The notes beneath the pieces were generated by a model, which was not told where the DNA came from, ran no database searches, and saw only the letters and a program-made list of their open reading frames with translations. A program made the translations under genes and the position numbers. A stretch of DNA of 62,796 nucleotides from a virus (lineage: Duplodnaviria; Caudoviricetes), in IMG/VR virus record IMGVR_UViG_3300012971_000022, positions 1 to 62,796 of that record; one strand, given 5' to 3'. Each line of letters opens with the position of its first letter. Position 1 is the stretch's first letter. This document shows, piece after piece, positions 37,942-47,177 of the stretch.

Positions 37942-38157
37942 ATGAATATTCCCCAGACCAGAAACAATTTGCCCAAGTTCGACCCCAAGACCGGCCGCTA
38001 CAACCCGGACATCAAGTTCCGGCTCCCGCCCGAGGCCTACAACGCAATCGTTGCCATGGCCAAGGACGAGGACCGCTCGCTACCAAATTTGGTAGCGCGC
38101 ATCGTGCGCCTGTACCTGCGCGACTGCGGCGTGTACCGCGAGGAGGTGATGCCGTGA
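37942..38157 (+). CDS. Arc-like ribbon-helix-helix regulator
   Basis: IKFRLP.E.Y..I...A..E.RSL.NLV..IV..YL. Confidence 0.8.
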   Translation: MNIPQTRNNLPKFDPKTGRYNPDIKFRLPPEAYNAIVAMAKDEDRSLPNLVARIVRLYLRDCGVYREEVMP

Positions 38158-38435
38158 AGCGCTTTAACCAGATCATGATCGCACTCGGCATTGTCATGGT
38201 CGCGTCTTCTCTGGGCGCGTTCTACGCATCCAACTACCATCCGGGTCCCTCGATCGTGGCGGCTGAGTTTCCGGACGCCAGTCACTGGTGCTCGCCAGAA
38301 GAGGTGAAGGGTATCGACGCGTACTGGCAAGGCAGACAGCAATCTGATAACCCGTATTCCCCCCGTTATGATATCGTCGCACACATGGAGTGGTATCGGG
38401 GCTGGATCGATGCAAAGGAGCATGGAATACGTTGA
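38154..38435 (+). CDS. Membrane-anchored small protein
   Basis: N-terminal TM; G..AY..G.....NPY........W.RGW motif. Confidence 0.65.
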   Translation: MKRFNQIMIALGIVMVASSLGAFYASNYHPGPSIVAAEFPDASHWCSPEEVKGIDAYWQGRQQSDNPYSPRYDIVAHMEWYRGWIDAKEHGIR

Positions 38436-38528
38436 TGTTGCGCAAGAAATATCGCCGCAACTGGAGGATGGTGACGTTTCGTAGGGACATTGTGTATTGT
38501 GACGCGGCAACCAAGCGGGGTGCCCTTT

Positions 38529-38672
38529 ATGGTCGAAAACAGGGTCGAACTCATCATGGACTACCTGTCGAAGCAACAGAACCGCTTGGTCTCAATCATG
38601 GTGACGGGATTCGTCATCGGCTTCGTAGTTGGCGTCGTCTCCGCTTGGTTCTTCATGGTGATGGGACGCTGA
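38529..38672 (+). CDS. Small TM protein
   Basis: C-terminal hydrophobic helix. Confidence 0.5.
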   Translation: MVENRVELIMDYLSKQQNRLVSIMVTGFVIGFVVGVVSAWFFMVMGR

Positions 38673-38681
38673 TACCCACAG

Positions 38682-38720
38682 TTGACTCAGTCGCTATCGC
38701 TACGCTATTGTAGCAATAGC
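38682..38720 (+). promoter_or_regulatory. Possible promoter with operator
   Basis: TTGACT-18bp-TATTGT; GCTATTG/CAATAGC inverted repeat over the -10. Confidence 0.5.
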
Positions 38721-38734
38721 AAGGAGCTTACCTA

Positions 38735-39004
38735 GTGGCAATCAAGAACGATTTTGAGAAGACCTCGCTGCGGTCCCGGCTGCGCGAGGCGCACGACGAG
38801 AGCGCCAAAATATTGGCGCGGACCGGCAGTCCGGACGATCCGACCCGGGCGAACTGGTGCCTGTACTGCAAGCACGAGCAGCACGCCGACTGTGTCGGCT
38901 TGGCGTTCCGGCGGACAACCTCCTACATTCCGTGGAGCAGCGACGACTACACGATGTGCCGGTGCCTGTGCCCGGTGTGCCGCCAGCCCAAGGAGGCGCG
39001 CTGA
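38735..39004 (+). CDS. Cys-rich small protein
   Basis: AAGGAG RBS; CLYC..H..C...CRCLCPVC. Confidence 0.7.
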   Translation: MAIKNDFEKTSLRSRLREAHDESAKILARTGSPDDPTRANWCLYCKHEQHADCVGLAFRRTTSYIPWSSDDYTMCRCLCPVCRQPKEAR

Positions 39005-39180
39005 TGGACGAGCTTGACCTGAGGACACTGCACCTCGATCTCGTCGAGACCATGGAAGCGCTGGACCGGGCCAAGGACCGCCTGCTTACCGACTTGCCCG
39101 GGTCCGCTACGGCTCACCTGAATCATGCTCTCAACGTCCTCCACCGCATCAAGGACAGACTCGCCAAGGAGAAGTTCTGA
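39004..39180 (+). CDS. Small helical protein
   Basis: AAGGAGG RBS, TGATG coupling. Confidence 0.65.
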   Translation: MDELDLRTLHLDLVETMEALDRAKDRLLTDLPGSATAHLNHALNVLHRIKDRLAKEKF

Positions 39181-39362
39181 TGGCGCACCTGTTCGACGAG
39201 GCCGACGGCGTCAAGACCGTGATGTTCGGTCCGCATCGCTGGATCACCTGCCCCCGGCCGAAGTGCTGGTGGAGAACTCAACTACCACGCCGTAACGCTT
39301 TAGCGACCGCTGCGGCCCTCAAAGCGTTACTGCGCGAGCATCTGAAGACGCACCATGAGTGA
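39180..39362 (+). CDS. Small C2H2-like protein
   Basis: C....C...H...H; AAGGAG RBS. Confidence 0.6.
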   Translation: MAHLFDEADGVKTVMFGPHRWITCPRPKCWWRTQLPRRNALATAAALKALLREHLKTHHE

Positions 39363-39744
39363 CGATCATGGTGCTGAGTGTGTGGTGGTGCGGCGGAAAG
39401 GACGGCGGGGTACGTTATGCACCCGAACCGGAAACAGGCTGGACCCTTGCTCGCCGGTTCGCTAGCACGTTTAAACCCCCGCCGTCCGGTTGTCAACAAT
39501 GAAGGGTCATTGTGTAGATGAATCGATCGGAATGAAGCTGCTGGCGTTCGCGCTGATGCCGGTGGTCATACCGCTTTGGTTGGGATCGCGGCTCTTCTTC
39601 TGGGTCAGGTACCGCTGCGCCGCCCATGCCGCGCTGCGTGCGCGCTGGGAAGAAGGCCCGGGGCGGTTCTGATCGGAACCGGCGGTCAGCAATCGCTTTA
39701 CGTCCCGATACGCTGTCTTAATAAGCGCCCTACCCCGGACCAGA

Positions 39745-40017
39745 CTAATCTATCCTGCGGCCGCTGGCGTCGCGTACTTCGTCGCACGGCAGGATGAGCT
39801 TTATCAGGCGCGCGAGCGCCTGCGTGCGAGTGTTGCCCGTGGCCAGCTTGTCCTTGAACATCGCCCAGAAGTTTCCCCCTTTGTGCGAGCGAATCTCCAC
39901 GCGGCGGTCATCGAGATTGATGACGCTGGTGAAGACCTTCGAGTTCTTGTCCCGGACCTCCGGGGGCCACATGGCCCTCCGTTTGAGCTTCGCTTCCTTG
40001 GCCTTGGCGAAGTCCAT
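39745..40017 (-). CDS. Hypothetical protein
   Basis: Directly downstream of the RHH gene. Confidence 0.65.
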   Translation of the reverse strand: MDFAKAKEAKLKRRAMWPPEVRDKNSKVFTSVINLDDRRVEIRSHKGGNFWAMFKDKLATGNTRTQALARLIKLILPCDEVRDASGRRID

Positions 40018-40020
40018 CTA

Positions 40021-40251
40021 CTAGCCCGGGGCTTGGGGTTGTTCTTGCGGAGGTAGCGGCTCGTCGGGTTCGTCGCCGCCGACAATCTCAACTCCTTCCC
40101 GTTTCGCACTTTCGAGAATCGATCGGATAGTCGTCGCGACTCCGCCGCCCGCCTTTGCTGATAGCTCCGTCAGCCAGTCGTAAGTATCAGTCGTCAACCG
40201 CACCAAGACCGGCTTGTTACGAATCGCCGTGTTTGCCCTGTCGATTTCCAT
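40021..40251 (-). CDS. Ribbon-helix-helix regulator
   Basis: PVLVRL....YD.L..L.......AT.IR.ILE; divergent from the promoter at 40294. Confidence 0.7.
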   Translation of the reverse strand: MEIDRANTAIRNKPVLVRLTTDTYDWLTELSAKAGGGVATTIRSILESAKREGVEIVGGDEPDEPLPPQEQPQAPG

Positions 40252-40293
40252 ACAACCGACTTTAGTCAGATTTCCGCTTGCAAATCAAGAGGC

Positions 40294-40322
40294 TTGACTC
40301 CCGATTTCATCTGTTATACAAT
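40294..40322 (+). promoter_or_regulatory. Sigma70-like promoter
   Basis: TTGACT-17bp-TACAAT. Confidence 0.75.
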
Positions 40323-40356
40323 ACGAATATCAGACGATAGTCTGAGGAGGTATCAA

Positions 40357-40560
40357 GTGACCCAAAACGAACAACCGGCCGAGAAGCGGCCGACCTTCTG
40401 GATGTGGGGAGATCCGATCACCTGCCACAACCCCATCCGAGAAGCGTGGGAGGCGGCGCAACATCCGCCTGAGCCAATGTCCGAGGAGGCCAAGGCCCGG
40501 TGCGCTGAAGTCCGGGCCGAGAAGAAGGAGCGGCGCAAGCTGCGAAGGAGGGGGCGATGA
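40357..40560 (+). CDS. Small basic protein
   Basis: GAGGAGG RBS and GTG start. Confidence 0.7.
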   Translation: MTQNEQPAEKRPTFWMWGDPITCHNPIREAWEAAQHPPEPMSEEAKARCAEVRAEKKERRKLRRRGR

Positions 40561-41201
40561 AAATCAAGAACTCCACCCCCGTCGAGACCAGCGTCCTGCG
40601 TGCGCTGGCTAACATAGTGGCCAAGGGCGAACTCGAACCCCAGCAGCGGCCGCACGTCACCGTCCACTTCGCGGTCTGGAAAGGACGCTCGCCCGAGGCT
40701 CGTAAAGCCCGCCGCATGGGCTACCGCATCCGGGCCAGCGGGCATGTGCCGCTAGGACTCAAGTTCAATCAGGCGCTGGTCACCATCGCGATAAGCCGCA
40801 TCGGACAGGACCCGAAGCTCGCCGCACAGATCGTCGCCCATGACCTCGCGCACGAGTTCGCCGAGATGCAGGGCTACACCCACAAGCAGATGCGCGGGCC
40901 GCTCTACTTCTACAAGGGCAACTGGACCGAGCACTACGAGTGGGCCAAGGACTACCCGCTCACCTTCAAGCCTGCGAAACCCGCACCCAGCACGGCCGAC
41001 AAGCGCGCGGTGAAGCTGGCGCACGCCCAAGCCCGTCTGGCCAACGCGCTGCGCAAGGAAAGGCTCGCAATGACCATCCGCAAGAAGTGGCAGGCCAAGG
41101 TCAAGTACTACGAGAAGGAGGTTTCACATGAAACGTCTGTGCCGCCTATGCGGGAAGCGGCAGGCGAAGTTCATCTACCGCATGAAGCGCAGACTGGGTA
41201 A
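40557..41201 (+). CDS. Zincin-like protein with coiled-coil C-terminus
   Basis: LAHEFAE.QG..H (HExxH variant). Confidence 0.65.
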   Translation: MKIKNSTPVETSVLRALANIVAKGELEPQQRPHVTVHFAVWKGRSPEARKARRMGYRIRASGHVPLGLKFNQALVTIAISRIGQDPKLAAQIVAHDLAHEFAEMQGYTHKQMRGPLYFYKGNWTEHYEWAKDYPLTFKPAKPAPSTADKRAVKLAHAQARLANALRKERLAMTIRKKWQAKVKYYEKEVSHETSVPPMREAAGEVHLPHEAQTG

Positions 41202-41307
41202 ACCGCTGGTGATCGTCGGAGCCGACAAGCACCACGACCTGTGCCTACAATGCTACCGCAGCGTCCGCACCAAGATCCGTCACTTCAACTTGGAGGTCCG
41301 CGACTGA
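41128..41307 (+). CDS. 59-aa zinc-finger protein (not in ORF track)
   Basis: AAGGAGG RBS; MKRLCRLCG...HDLCLQCY. Confidence 0.7.
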   Translation: MKRLCRLCGKRQAKFIYRMKRRLGKPLVIVGADKHHDLCLQCYRSVRTKIRHFNLEVRD

Positions 41308-41591
41308 ACCCACTTCAGGAACTCGTCGCGCAGAACGCGATAGTCACTGCCAACCCGAAACACGCCGGGTAACTCGCCTCTGTTGATGAGCCGATACAAG
41401 GTGCTCCGATGGACGCGCAAGTACCCGGCGACTTCATCCAGTGTCATCACGCTGCCTTGGTTCTGGCCCACATGGGTAGCGGGATCTGCTGGCACCTTTC
41501 GCACAACAGCCTTCTCCCTGCGGCGCTCTTGACCCACACTAGTACCACGCCTCGTTTCCCACAGTGATGACAACTCTTCTTCCTCATTCAC
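41280..41591 (-). CDS. MerR/excisionase-type HTH_17 DNA-binding protein (start uncertain)
   Basis: MTLDEVAGYLRVHRSTLYRLINRGELP..RVG..YR. Confidence 0.85.
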   Translation of the reverse strand: MNEEEELSSLWETRRGTSVGQERRREKAVVRKVPADPATHVGQNQGSVMTLDEVAGYLRVHRSTLYRLINRGELPGVFRVGSDYRVLRDEFLKWVQSRTSKLK

Positions 41592-41595
41592 CCCT

Positions 41596-41826
41596 TCACT
41601 TGAACAGGTTGGTTTGCTTCGCGAACCCACGCGCCGCGTTGACCACGCAGTGGTGATGCGCCCACCGGTTCATGCGCTCGGGACATGAGATGCCGTGCCC
41701 GCCGCCGCCCTCACGGTTCATGACCCAGCCCGCAGTCCACTGGTGAACCCCGTCCTCCCCGGTATCAAGCTCGCCCTTGCAGAACTCACACGTCGCGCGA
41801 AACGCTTCTCTGATCATGGTCAGCAA
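41596..41826 (-). CDS. Small zinc-binding protein
   Basis: CEFC...H..C. Confidence 0.65.
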   Translation of the reverse strand: MLTMIREAFRATCEFCKGELDTGEDGVHQWTAGWVMNREGGGGHGISCPERMNRWAHHHCVVNAARGFAKQTNLFK

Positions 41827-42617
41827 ACGTACCCGAAGCCGAAGACATCCATCACGGTCAGCGGGACGGTACCCAAGTTATTCACCATCGGCGAAACCGA
41901 TGGATACATCTGCTTGCCGTCGGTGCTCAGCACCAGCTGCCAGTTGGGCCAGCCGGGGATCGGTTGATCGCCTTGGAAGGCGTTGTCCATCAGGTCCATC
42001 CGCAGCGGGCAGTGAACCACGGTCACGCTGTTGGCCGGGAAGGTCTGGGGATTGGTCGAATCGTCCAGCACCTCCAGCGCGTGACAGACGCCAAGATACG
42101 GATACATCGGCTTGTTGGGTCCGTTCACGAACGCGACGCCGAGTCCGTAGCTCATCTTGCCTGCTTGGCTGGAATTGTTGACCACGGTGAAGCTCAAGTT
42201 GGTCACAAACATGATGCGGCCCGTCCCCTTGGTCGGAGGGCAGAGGCGTACCGGCTCGTTACCGACCGGGACCGCGCCGCTGGCAGGGTAGCCGCCTCCG
42301 GGCTGGCCGTTGGGAATCTTGTATCCCGGCGGGAACTTGGTCTTGGCCAGACCGATCGCGCCACGCCAGCCCGCGTTGATGACCCGCTGGGTGTACTGCT
42401 TGGGGTCGTAATAGACCATGTCCCAAGACCACTGGTAACTTTCTGCCACGTTACTTCCTCCATTCGGCGGTATCGGTTCTGGTTGAGGCGGTACCGGTTG
42501 ACCGGGTAGTGAGATGACCCCAGTGATAGTCCCGCCTCCTTCCACCGTCCCTGAGAAAGTGTAGTCGGTCTGGTTAGTGGGAGGTGATGGCGGTGGCGGC
42601 GTCGGTGGTCTTCCCAT
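41820..42617 (-). CDS. Hypothetical protein, paralog of 50784-51383
   Basis: Shared MGRPP start, NGPN.PMYPY.G and PIP.WPNW. Confidence 0.75.
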   Translation of the reverse strand: MGRPPTPPPPSPPTNQTDYTFSGTVEGGGTITGVISLPGQPVPPQPEPIPPNGGSNVAESYQWSWDMVYYDPKQYTQRVINAGWRGAIGLAKTKFPPGYKIPNGQPGGGYPASGAVPVGNEPVRLCPPTKGTGRIMFVTNLSFTVVNNSSQAGKMSYGLGVAFVNGPNKPMYPYLGVCHALEVLDDSTNPQTFPANSVTVVHCPLRMDLMDNAFQGDQPIPGWPNWQLVLSTDGKQMYPSVSPMVNNLGTVPLTVMDVFGFGYVC

Positions 42618-42620
42618 GGT

Positions 42621-43076
42621 TCAACCGTCCTTTTCCGTCCTGCGCTTCAGGATGGCGGCGAACAACCAGAGCGGCAGGGTGCTGGATCGTTGTCCCGAGT
42701 TACACTCTGCGCACAATACCATCAGGTTCTCGTCCGAGTTCAACTGCGCGTCGGTTAAGAAATCAAAACCGTCCCGCACCGAGAGAACGTGGGCTATGCA
42801 CAGGTTGTCCACACTTGAGCATAACTCGCAGCGAAAGTGCGCCCGCTCCATGACCCGGTAGCGCTGGCCCGGAGACACCAACCTAACAGTTGTTAGGGAA
42901 CGCACCACCCTACCGGTCTCGATCTTGGGCGCGTTGTACGCGTGGTGCCCCCGCCGACAGTACACGATGTCCTGCCCGTTCTGGTCCCAGTGAATCTTCC
43001 CTTCCATCTCGCCGCAGATGCGGCACGGCGCGCGCAGCAGGTAGTCCTGCCACTCGACTTTGTCTTCGTGGCTCAT
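42621..43076 (-). CDS. HNH endonuclease
   Basis: R..V.ER....CELC...L.I.H...N..ENL..LC.ECN. Confidence 0.85.
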   Translation of the reverse strand: MSHEDKVEWQDYLLRAPCRICGEMEGKIHWDQNGQDIVYCRRGHHAYNAPKIETGRVVRSLTTVRLVSPGQRYRVMERAHFRCELCSSVDNLCIAHVLSVRDGFDFLTDAQLNSDENLMVLCAECNSGQRSSTLPLWLFAAILKRRTEKDG

Positions 43077-43083
43077 CTGCCGA

Positions 43084-43452
43084 TCAGTCCCTCCACAGTT
43101 CGTTGTCTTCCAGCGGCTCTGTGAGTTCCTCGTACCATATAAAGGTCTTGCCCTTGTGGAACTGGAACATGAGCGCGAAGTTATGCCCGCACTCGCCCTG
43201 CATCTGAATCTGGATGGCGGAGCCGCGCACCCGGTCGTCCGCTAGCTCGTGCGAAAGCGCAACCCCGCGCCAGCGCGGACCGGTCTTCATCCCCTCCCAG
43301 CCCTTATTAGCAATCGTAATTTTATCGGTGTGCTGAGTGACCGAGACCGGGCCGAGGTGCACGTCGTCCTGCGAGCACCGGGGACACTGAACGGTATCGT
43401 TCCAGCGGTCCGCCCAGCGAGCCTGCTCTTTGAGTTCCATTTTGATTATCAC
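43084..43452 (-). CDS. Hypothetical protein
   Basis: CP.C....H...ECGH...FHKG.TF; GGGAG RBS. Confidence 0.7.
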   Translation of the reverse strand: MIIKMELKEQARWADRWNDTVQCPRCSQDDVHLGPVSVTQHTDKITIANKGWEGMKTGPRWRGVALSHELADDRVRGSAIQIQMQGECGHNFALMFQFHKGKTFIWYEELTEPLEDNELWRD

Positions 43453-43476
43453 GACTCCCGATTTATTACGGCCATA

Positions 43477-43585
43477 ACGGACAACGGATTCCTTATGCGT
43501 AGGCAGTTTGACCGTTGTCCGTAATCAATACAGCCTAATAAAGATAAAGGCATAACTGCCTACGCGCGTAGGCGGTTTGACCGTT
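43477..43585. repeat. Direct and inverted repeat cluster, candidate replication origin
   Basis: GCGTAGGCRGTTTGACCGTT at 43497 and 43566; inverted AACTGCCTACGC at 43554; ACGGACAACGG/CCGTTGTCCGT; AT-rich core. Confidence 0.65.
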
Positions 43586-43586
43586 A

Positions 43587-45638
43587 TCAATCCGGCTCCC
43601 GTTTTTTGGGTTCGTCATCGTTCGGAAGCTCGAACAGGCCCTCTTGAGAGAGGAACTCGGCCAGCGTCCAGAGCTTGCCCTTCCGCTTCTTCCCATTAGT
43701 TTGGATGATACCTTGCGCGATCCCTTCCTTGAGTCCGGCGCGAATCCACTTCTCCGCCTTCTTGGTGTCGTCCTTGAGCTTGGTCATGGTGACCCACGGG
43801 TTCTCCTTGTCACCCAGCCCCCGGATCGCGTCGATCATCTCGGGCATGGCGGCTTTGCCGAGGTACTGGGAGAACGGACCGTCGAGCTTCACCGTCCGGC
43901 GCTCAGCGTCGTAGGAGAGCAGCTGTTCCTCAAGGATACCGTCGTCCCCGTAGCCGCCCTTGCCGGTAAGGATCGCGATGATGGTGGTCCCGATGTTCTG
44001 GCGGCTCTTGCGCCGCAGGGTCAGGCGCATCCGGTGCTGGGCCATCCAGCCACTGTGCCCGCCAAACGCCTCCTCTGCATCGCGCGGCGTCTCGGCCTGA
44101 GCTTCGCTCTTGGGCTGGTGCCCGCCGACAATGCCATAGAAACCCCGCTCCCGGACCCGCTGCAGGAGGGGGGCCTGCTCGTTCATGATGATGCGGTTCT
44201 GGTCGCCGGACTGGTTGGTCGGACTGCCGTAGAAGTCGAAGAGCGTGTCCAGAGCGAACGCCTGACAGCCGTACTCGTCCATCATCGCCTCGAACCACGC
44301 CGCCTGCTCGGTAGCGTCCCCGAAGTGGGTCTTGGGACTCTCGATGATGAAGACCTTGCCCGCGATCCCCCAGAAGCCGATGGTCTCGCACCAGTTGTCG
44401 TATTCCTTGGGGGAAGCGACGACCAAGACCTTGGATTCCATGCACTTGCGACCCAGCACCTCCGAGCCTTCGGCCAAGCCCTTGACCATGTTCAGCATCA
44501 GGGTGGTCTTGCCCGCACCCATGAGACCGGACATGCCGAGTGACGCGCCCTTTCGGAGTAACCCGGCAATCGGATACACCCGGGGTTCGGTGCTCATTAT
44601 CTGCCACGCCTCGAAAGCGTCGACCGGGCGGCGGTCCTTGTAGGGGTCATCGGCCAGTGCCGGGACTCCGCCGTTGCCGTTAACCACGGCCGGGACGAAC
44701 TCCCGGCGGTCCGGCTGCTGCATGACGTTGGCCGTCAGGAGCCTGAGTTCCCGGTCGCCCAGCGGCTGCTGGAGCCGCCGGTTGGTCGCTTCCATGGCGT
44801 CGCGGACGGCCTCCTCGGGAAGGCCCTTGGCTTTCATGCTCCTGCCCAGCCGATAGAGCGCATCGTTGCGCCCGGACCCCTCGACCATGGTGTCGAGCTT
44901 GGGCATCTGGTAGCCGTGGCCGTTGGTCCCCGCTGCCTTGATCTTCTCGACCAGCCACTCCGGCATCTTGGCGAGCGGGATAGTGCCCAACTCGTACCCT
45001 ACCTCCCAGACGTATGGTCCGACGGTCTTGGAGCCGACGCCCACGACGTACCCGCCGTCGTTTTTGATATCCAGCCCGGGAGCGAACCGCGTCGAATTGG
45101 CGATACCCGGCTCGTGGTCGAAAAGAATGTGCAAACCGTCCCTGCCGGTAATCGCTCTGGGGGTCTCGGGAAGCTCGCAGTTCTCAAGCTCCATCGTGCG
45201 GAGGGTCTCTTTGCCGACCTCCCCGTCAACGTCCAATACGGTGAAGGAACCCTTCCCAGTCGGCACGCCGAAGTTGATGTAGGGATACTGGGCAAACCAG
45301 CGCTGGACCTGCACCGGGTCCTTGCTCGCGTCCTTGGGCCAGCTGAAAACCCGGTAGGGATGCTTGCCCTTGCTTTTTTTGCATTCCGGGTCCCCGCACG
45401 AGCACGTCCCGTCCGGCCGGACCCAGTGAGTCGGGAAAACCGGGCAATTCCGATTCGCATAGTCCAAGGCACCGGCCAGCGCGGCCGATTTAGGTTGGGG
45501 CGGACGGCTATGGACTAGCCGGGGTCCCTCCTTGGGGGGCGGAGGGTCAGGAGGTTTGCTCCCGGTTCCACTGCTGAGTTGCTTCAGTCGCGCATAAAGT
45601 TCATCGGCACGCTTCTGCCGGTCATCATCATTAGCCAT
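43587..45638 (-). CDS. Bifunctional primase-polymerase fused to PriCT and AAA (RepA-like) helicase
   Basis: VFP...CSC...C...GKHP, NFGVPTG...VLDVD, TG.DG.H, D....GGYVV; EG.GRND.L; GLMGAGKTT Walker A. Confidence 0.92.
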   Translation of the reverse strand: MANDDDRQKRADELYARLKQLSSGTGSKPPDPPPPKEGPRLVHSRPPQPKSAALAGALDYANRNCPVFPTHWVRPDGTCSCGDPECKKSKGKHPYRVFSWPKDASKDPVQVQRWFAQYPYINFGVPTGKGSFTVLDVDGEVGKETLRTMELENCELPETPRAITGRDGLHILFDHEPGIANSTRFAPGLDIKNDGGYVVGVGSKTVGPYVWEVGYELGTIPLAKMPEWLVEKIKAAGTNGHGYQMPKLDTMVEGSGRNDALYRLGRSMKAKGLPEEAVRDAMEATNRRLQQPLGDRELRLLTANVMQQPDRREFVPAVVNGNGGVPALADDPYKDRRPVDAFEAWQIMSTEPRVYPIAGLLRKGASLGMSGLMGAGKTTLMLNMVKGLAEGSEVLGRKCMESKVLVVASPKEYDNWCETIGFWGIAGKVFIIESPKTHFGDATEQAAWFEAMMDEYGCQAFALDTLFDFYGSPTNQSGDQNRIIMNEQAPLLQRVRERGFYGIVGGHQPKSEAQAETPRDAEEAFGGHSGWMAQHRMRLTLRRKSRQNIGTTIIAILTGKGGYGDDGILEEQLLSYDAERRTVKLDGPFSQYLGKAAMPEMIDAIRGLGDKENPWVTMTKLKDDTKKAEKWIRAGLKEGIAQGIIQTNGKKRKGKLWTLAEFLSQEGLFELPNDDEPKKREPD

Positions 45639-45839
45639 GTGCAGCGCACACTCATGCCCCTCGCCAAAATGCGAAATTCATGGGAGAGCGGCAGGGGCAG
45701 TCCGGCTAAAGGGGGCAATGCCGTCCTGCACCCCGCACGCTCTCTGGACCCAAGCTCGTGCGGCGCGAAGTGGAATCCTAGACTTGCGCGTTGCATCCGT
45801 CAAGTGTAACTGTGGATAAAATACCCTCGCCAAGGGATG

Positions 45840-45868
45840 TTGACAGCTGTCACTGTTTGTATTACAAG
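45840..45868 (+). promoter_or_regulatory. Possible promoter with palindromic operator
   Basis: TTGACA-17bp-TACAAG; TGACAGCTGTCA palindrome on the -35. Confidence 0.5.
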
Positions 45869-45881
45869 GATTACTACGCTG

Positions 45882-46094
45882 ATGAAGAAAAGGATCGCAA
45901 AGCGGAAAGCAAAGCGAGTACGGCTCGAACGTCCGCACACGCAGGTGTTTTCATTGCGTCTACCCATCGAGGACCTTTACCGGCTGAAAGATATCGCCAA
46001 GGCGCAGCGTCGCACGCTGTCCAATCTGGTGATCGTCTATGTGGCCGAGGGTCTTGAGCGTGACTACCCCACACAGGAGAAAAAGAGTGCCTGA
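45882..46094 (+). CDS. Arc-like ribbon-helix-helix regulator
   Basis: VFSLRLP......L..IA..QRRTLSNLV. Confidence 0.8.
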   Translation: MKKRIAKRKAKRVRLERPHTQVFSLRLPIEDLYRLKDIAKAQRRTLSNLVIVYVAEGLERDYPTQEKKSA

Positions 46095-46989
46095 CGAAGA
46101 CAAGCAGACGCTGGTCCAGAAGATGGCCGCGCATTACCGGTTGGAGCCCGAAGAATTCAAGCGGGTGGTAAAGAAGACCTGCATGCCCGGAAACGCCACC
46201 GAAGAGCAGTTCCTCATGTTCTTGGCCGTGGCCAACGAATACGACCTGAACCCGCTGGTTAAACAGATCTACGCGTTTCCGGACAAGTCCGGCGGAATCA
46301 CCCCGATAATTTCGGTCGACGGTTGGACCAAGAAGATGCTGGAACACCCATCGTTCAACGGCGTCCGGTTCTCGGACCAGTTCACCGAGAGCGGACAGCT
46401 GGTCGCGGTCACCTGCCGGATTTACCGCAAGGGCATCGCGCACCCGGTGGAAATCACCGAGTTGCTGAAGGAAAACCGCCGCAACACTCCTACATGGACA
46501 GAACGGCCGTACCGGATGTTGCGTCACCGAGCGCTCTGTCAGGCGATCCGCACCGCGTTCAACTTGGCCGGGGTTATGGACATCGACGAGTACGAGCAGT
46601 GGATGGAAACCACTGCCAAGGAAGTTGAGGGGGCCAAGAGTCCCCTGACCGTCGCCAACAGCGACGACATCCCGGATGAGGAAGAGTTGCCCAAGCTGGA
46701 GCCGCCCAAGACCGAAGAGGCCAAGCCCGGGAACGGCAGGCCCCGCAGGGTCAAGGCCGTAGTGGAGCCGAAGCCTGAACCACCGCCTCCGGACCGTCCC
46801 ATCGACACCGACAAGCAGGACATGCTTTGCGACCTGATTCGGGCCAGTGGCTGGAGCTACGGACAAATTTCGTCGGTACTTCAGAAGCACGCCGGGGTGG
46901 AATCGGCCGAACAGGTCATGGAGTCGAAGCTTGACGCGGTGGTGGAGAGCATCCGGCAGGAAGCCGAGGCCCGGAGGAAGGGACAATGA
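46087..46989 (+). CDS. bet: Bet/RecT single-strand annealing recombinase
   Basis: AT.EQF..FL.VAN.Y.LNP..KQIYAFPDK.GGI.P..SVDGW; W...P.RMLRH.A..QA.R.AF. Confidence 0.92.
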   Translation: MPDEDKQTLVQKMAAHYRLEPEEFKRVVKKTCMPGNATEEQFLMFLAVANEYDLNPLVKQIYAFPDKSGGITPIISVDGWTKKMLEHPSFNGVRFSDQFTESGQLVAVTCRIYRKGIAHPVEITELLKENRRNTPTWTERPYRMLRHRALCQAIRTAFNLAGVMDIDEYEQWMETTAKEVEGAKSPLTVANSDDIPDEEELPKLEPPKTEEAKPGNGRPRRVKAVVEPKPEPPPPDRPIDTDKQDMLCDLIRASGWSYGQISSVLQKHAGVESAEQVMESKLDAVVESIRQEAEARRKGQ

Positions 46990-47177
46990 TGAACGCAGCC
47001 CAACTACGCAACGCCCTCATGCTTGCGCGGCGTGACCTGCGGTTCCTGCGCAGGGCTCTCGCCTCCGATGTCGAGGGACTGGACCGTCTCGACCAGACCC
47101 TCACTAGGTTCATCGTGGAGTCCGCGCCGCCGAATAAGTTCATCAAGAAGCCGAGGTTGACAGGTACCAACGCATGA
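46986..47177 (+). CDS. Hypothetical protein
   Basis: ATGA coupling. Confidence 0.55.
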   Translation: MMNAAQLRNALMLARRDLRFLRRALASDVEGLDRLDQTLTRFIVESAPPNKFIKKPRLTGTNA

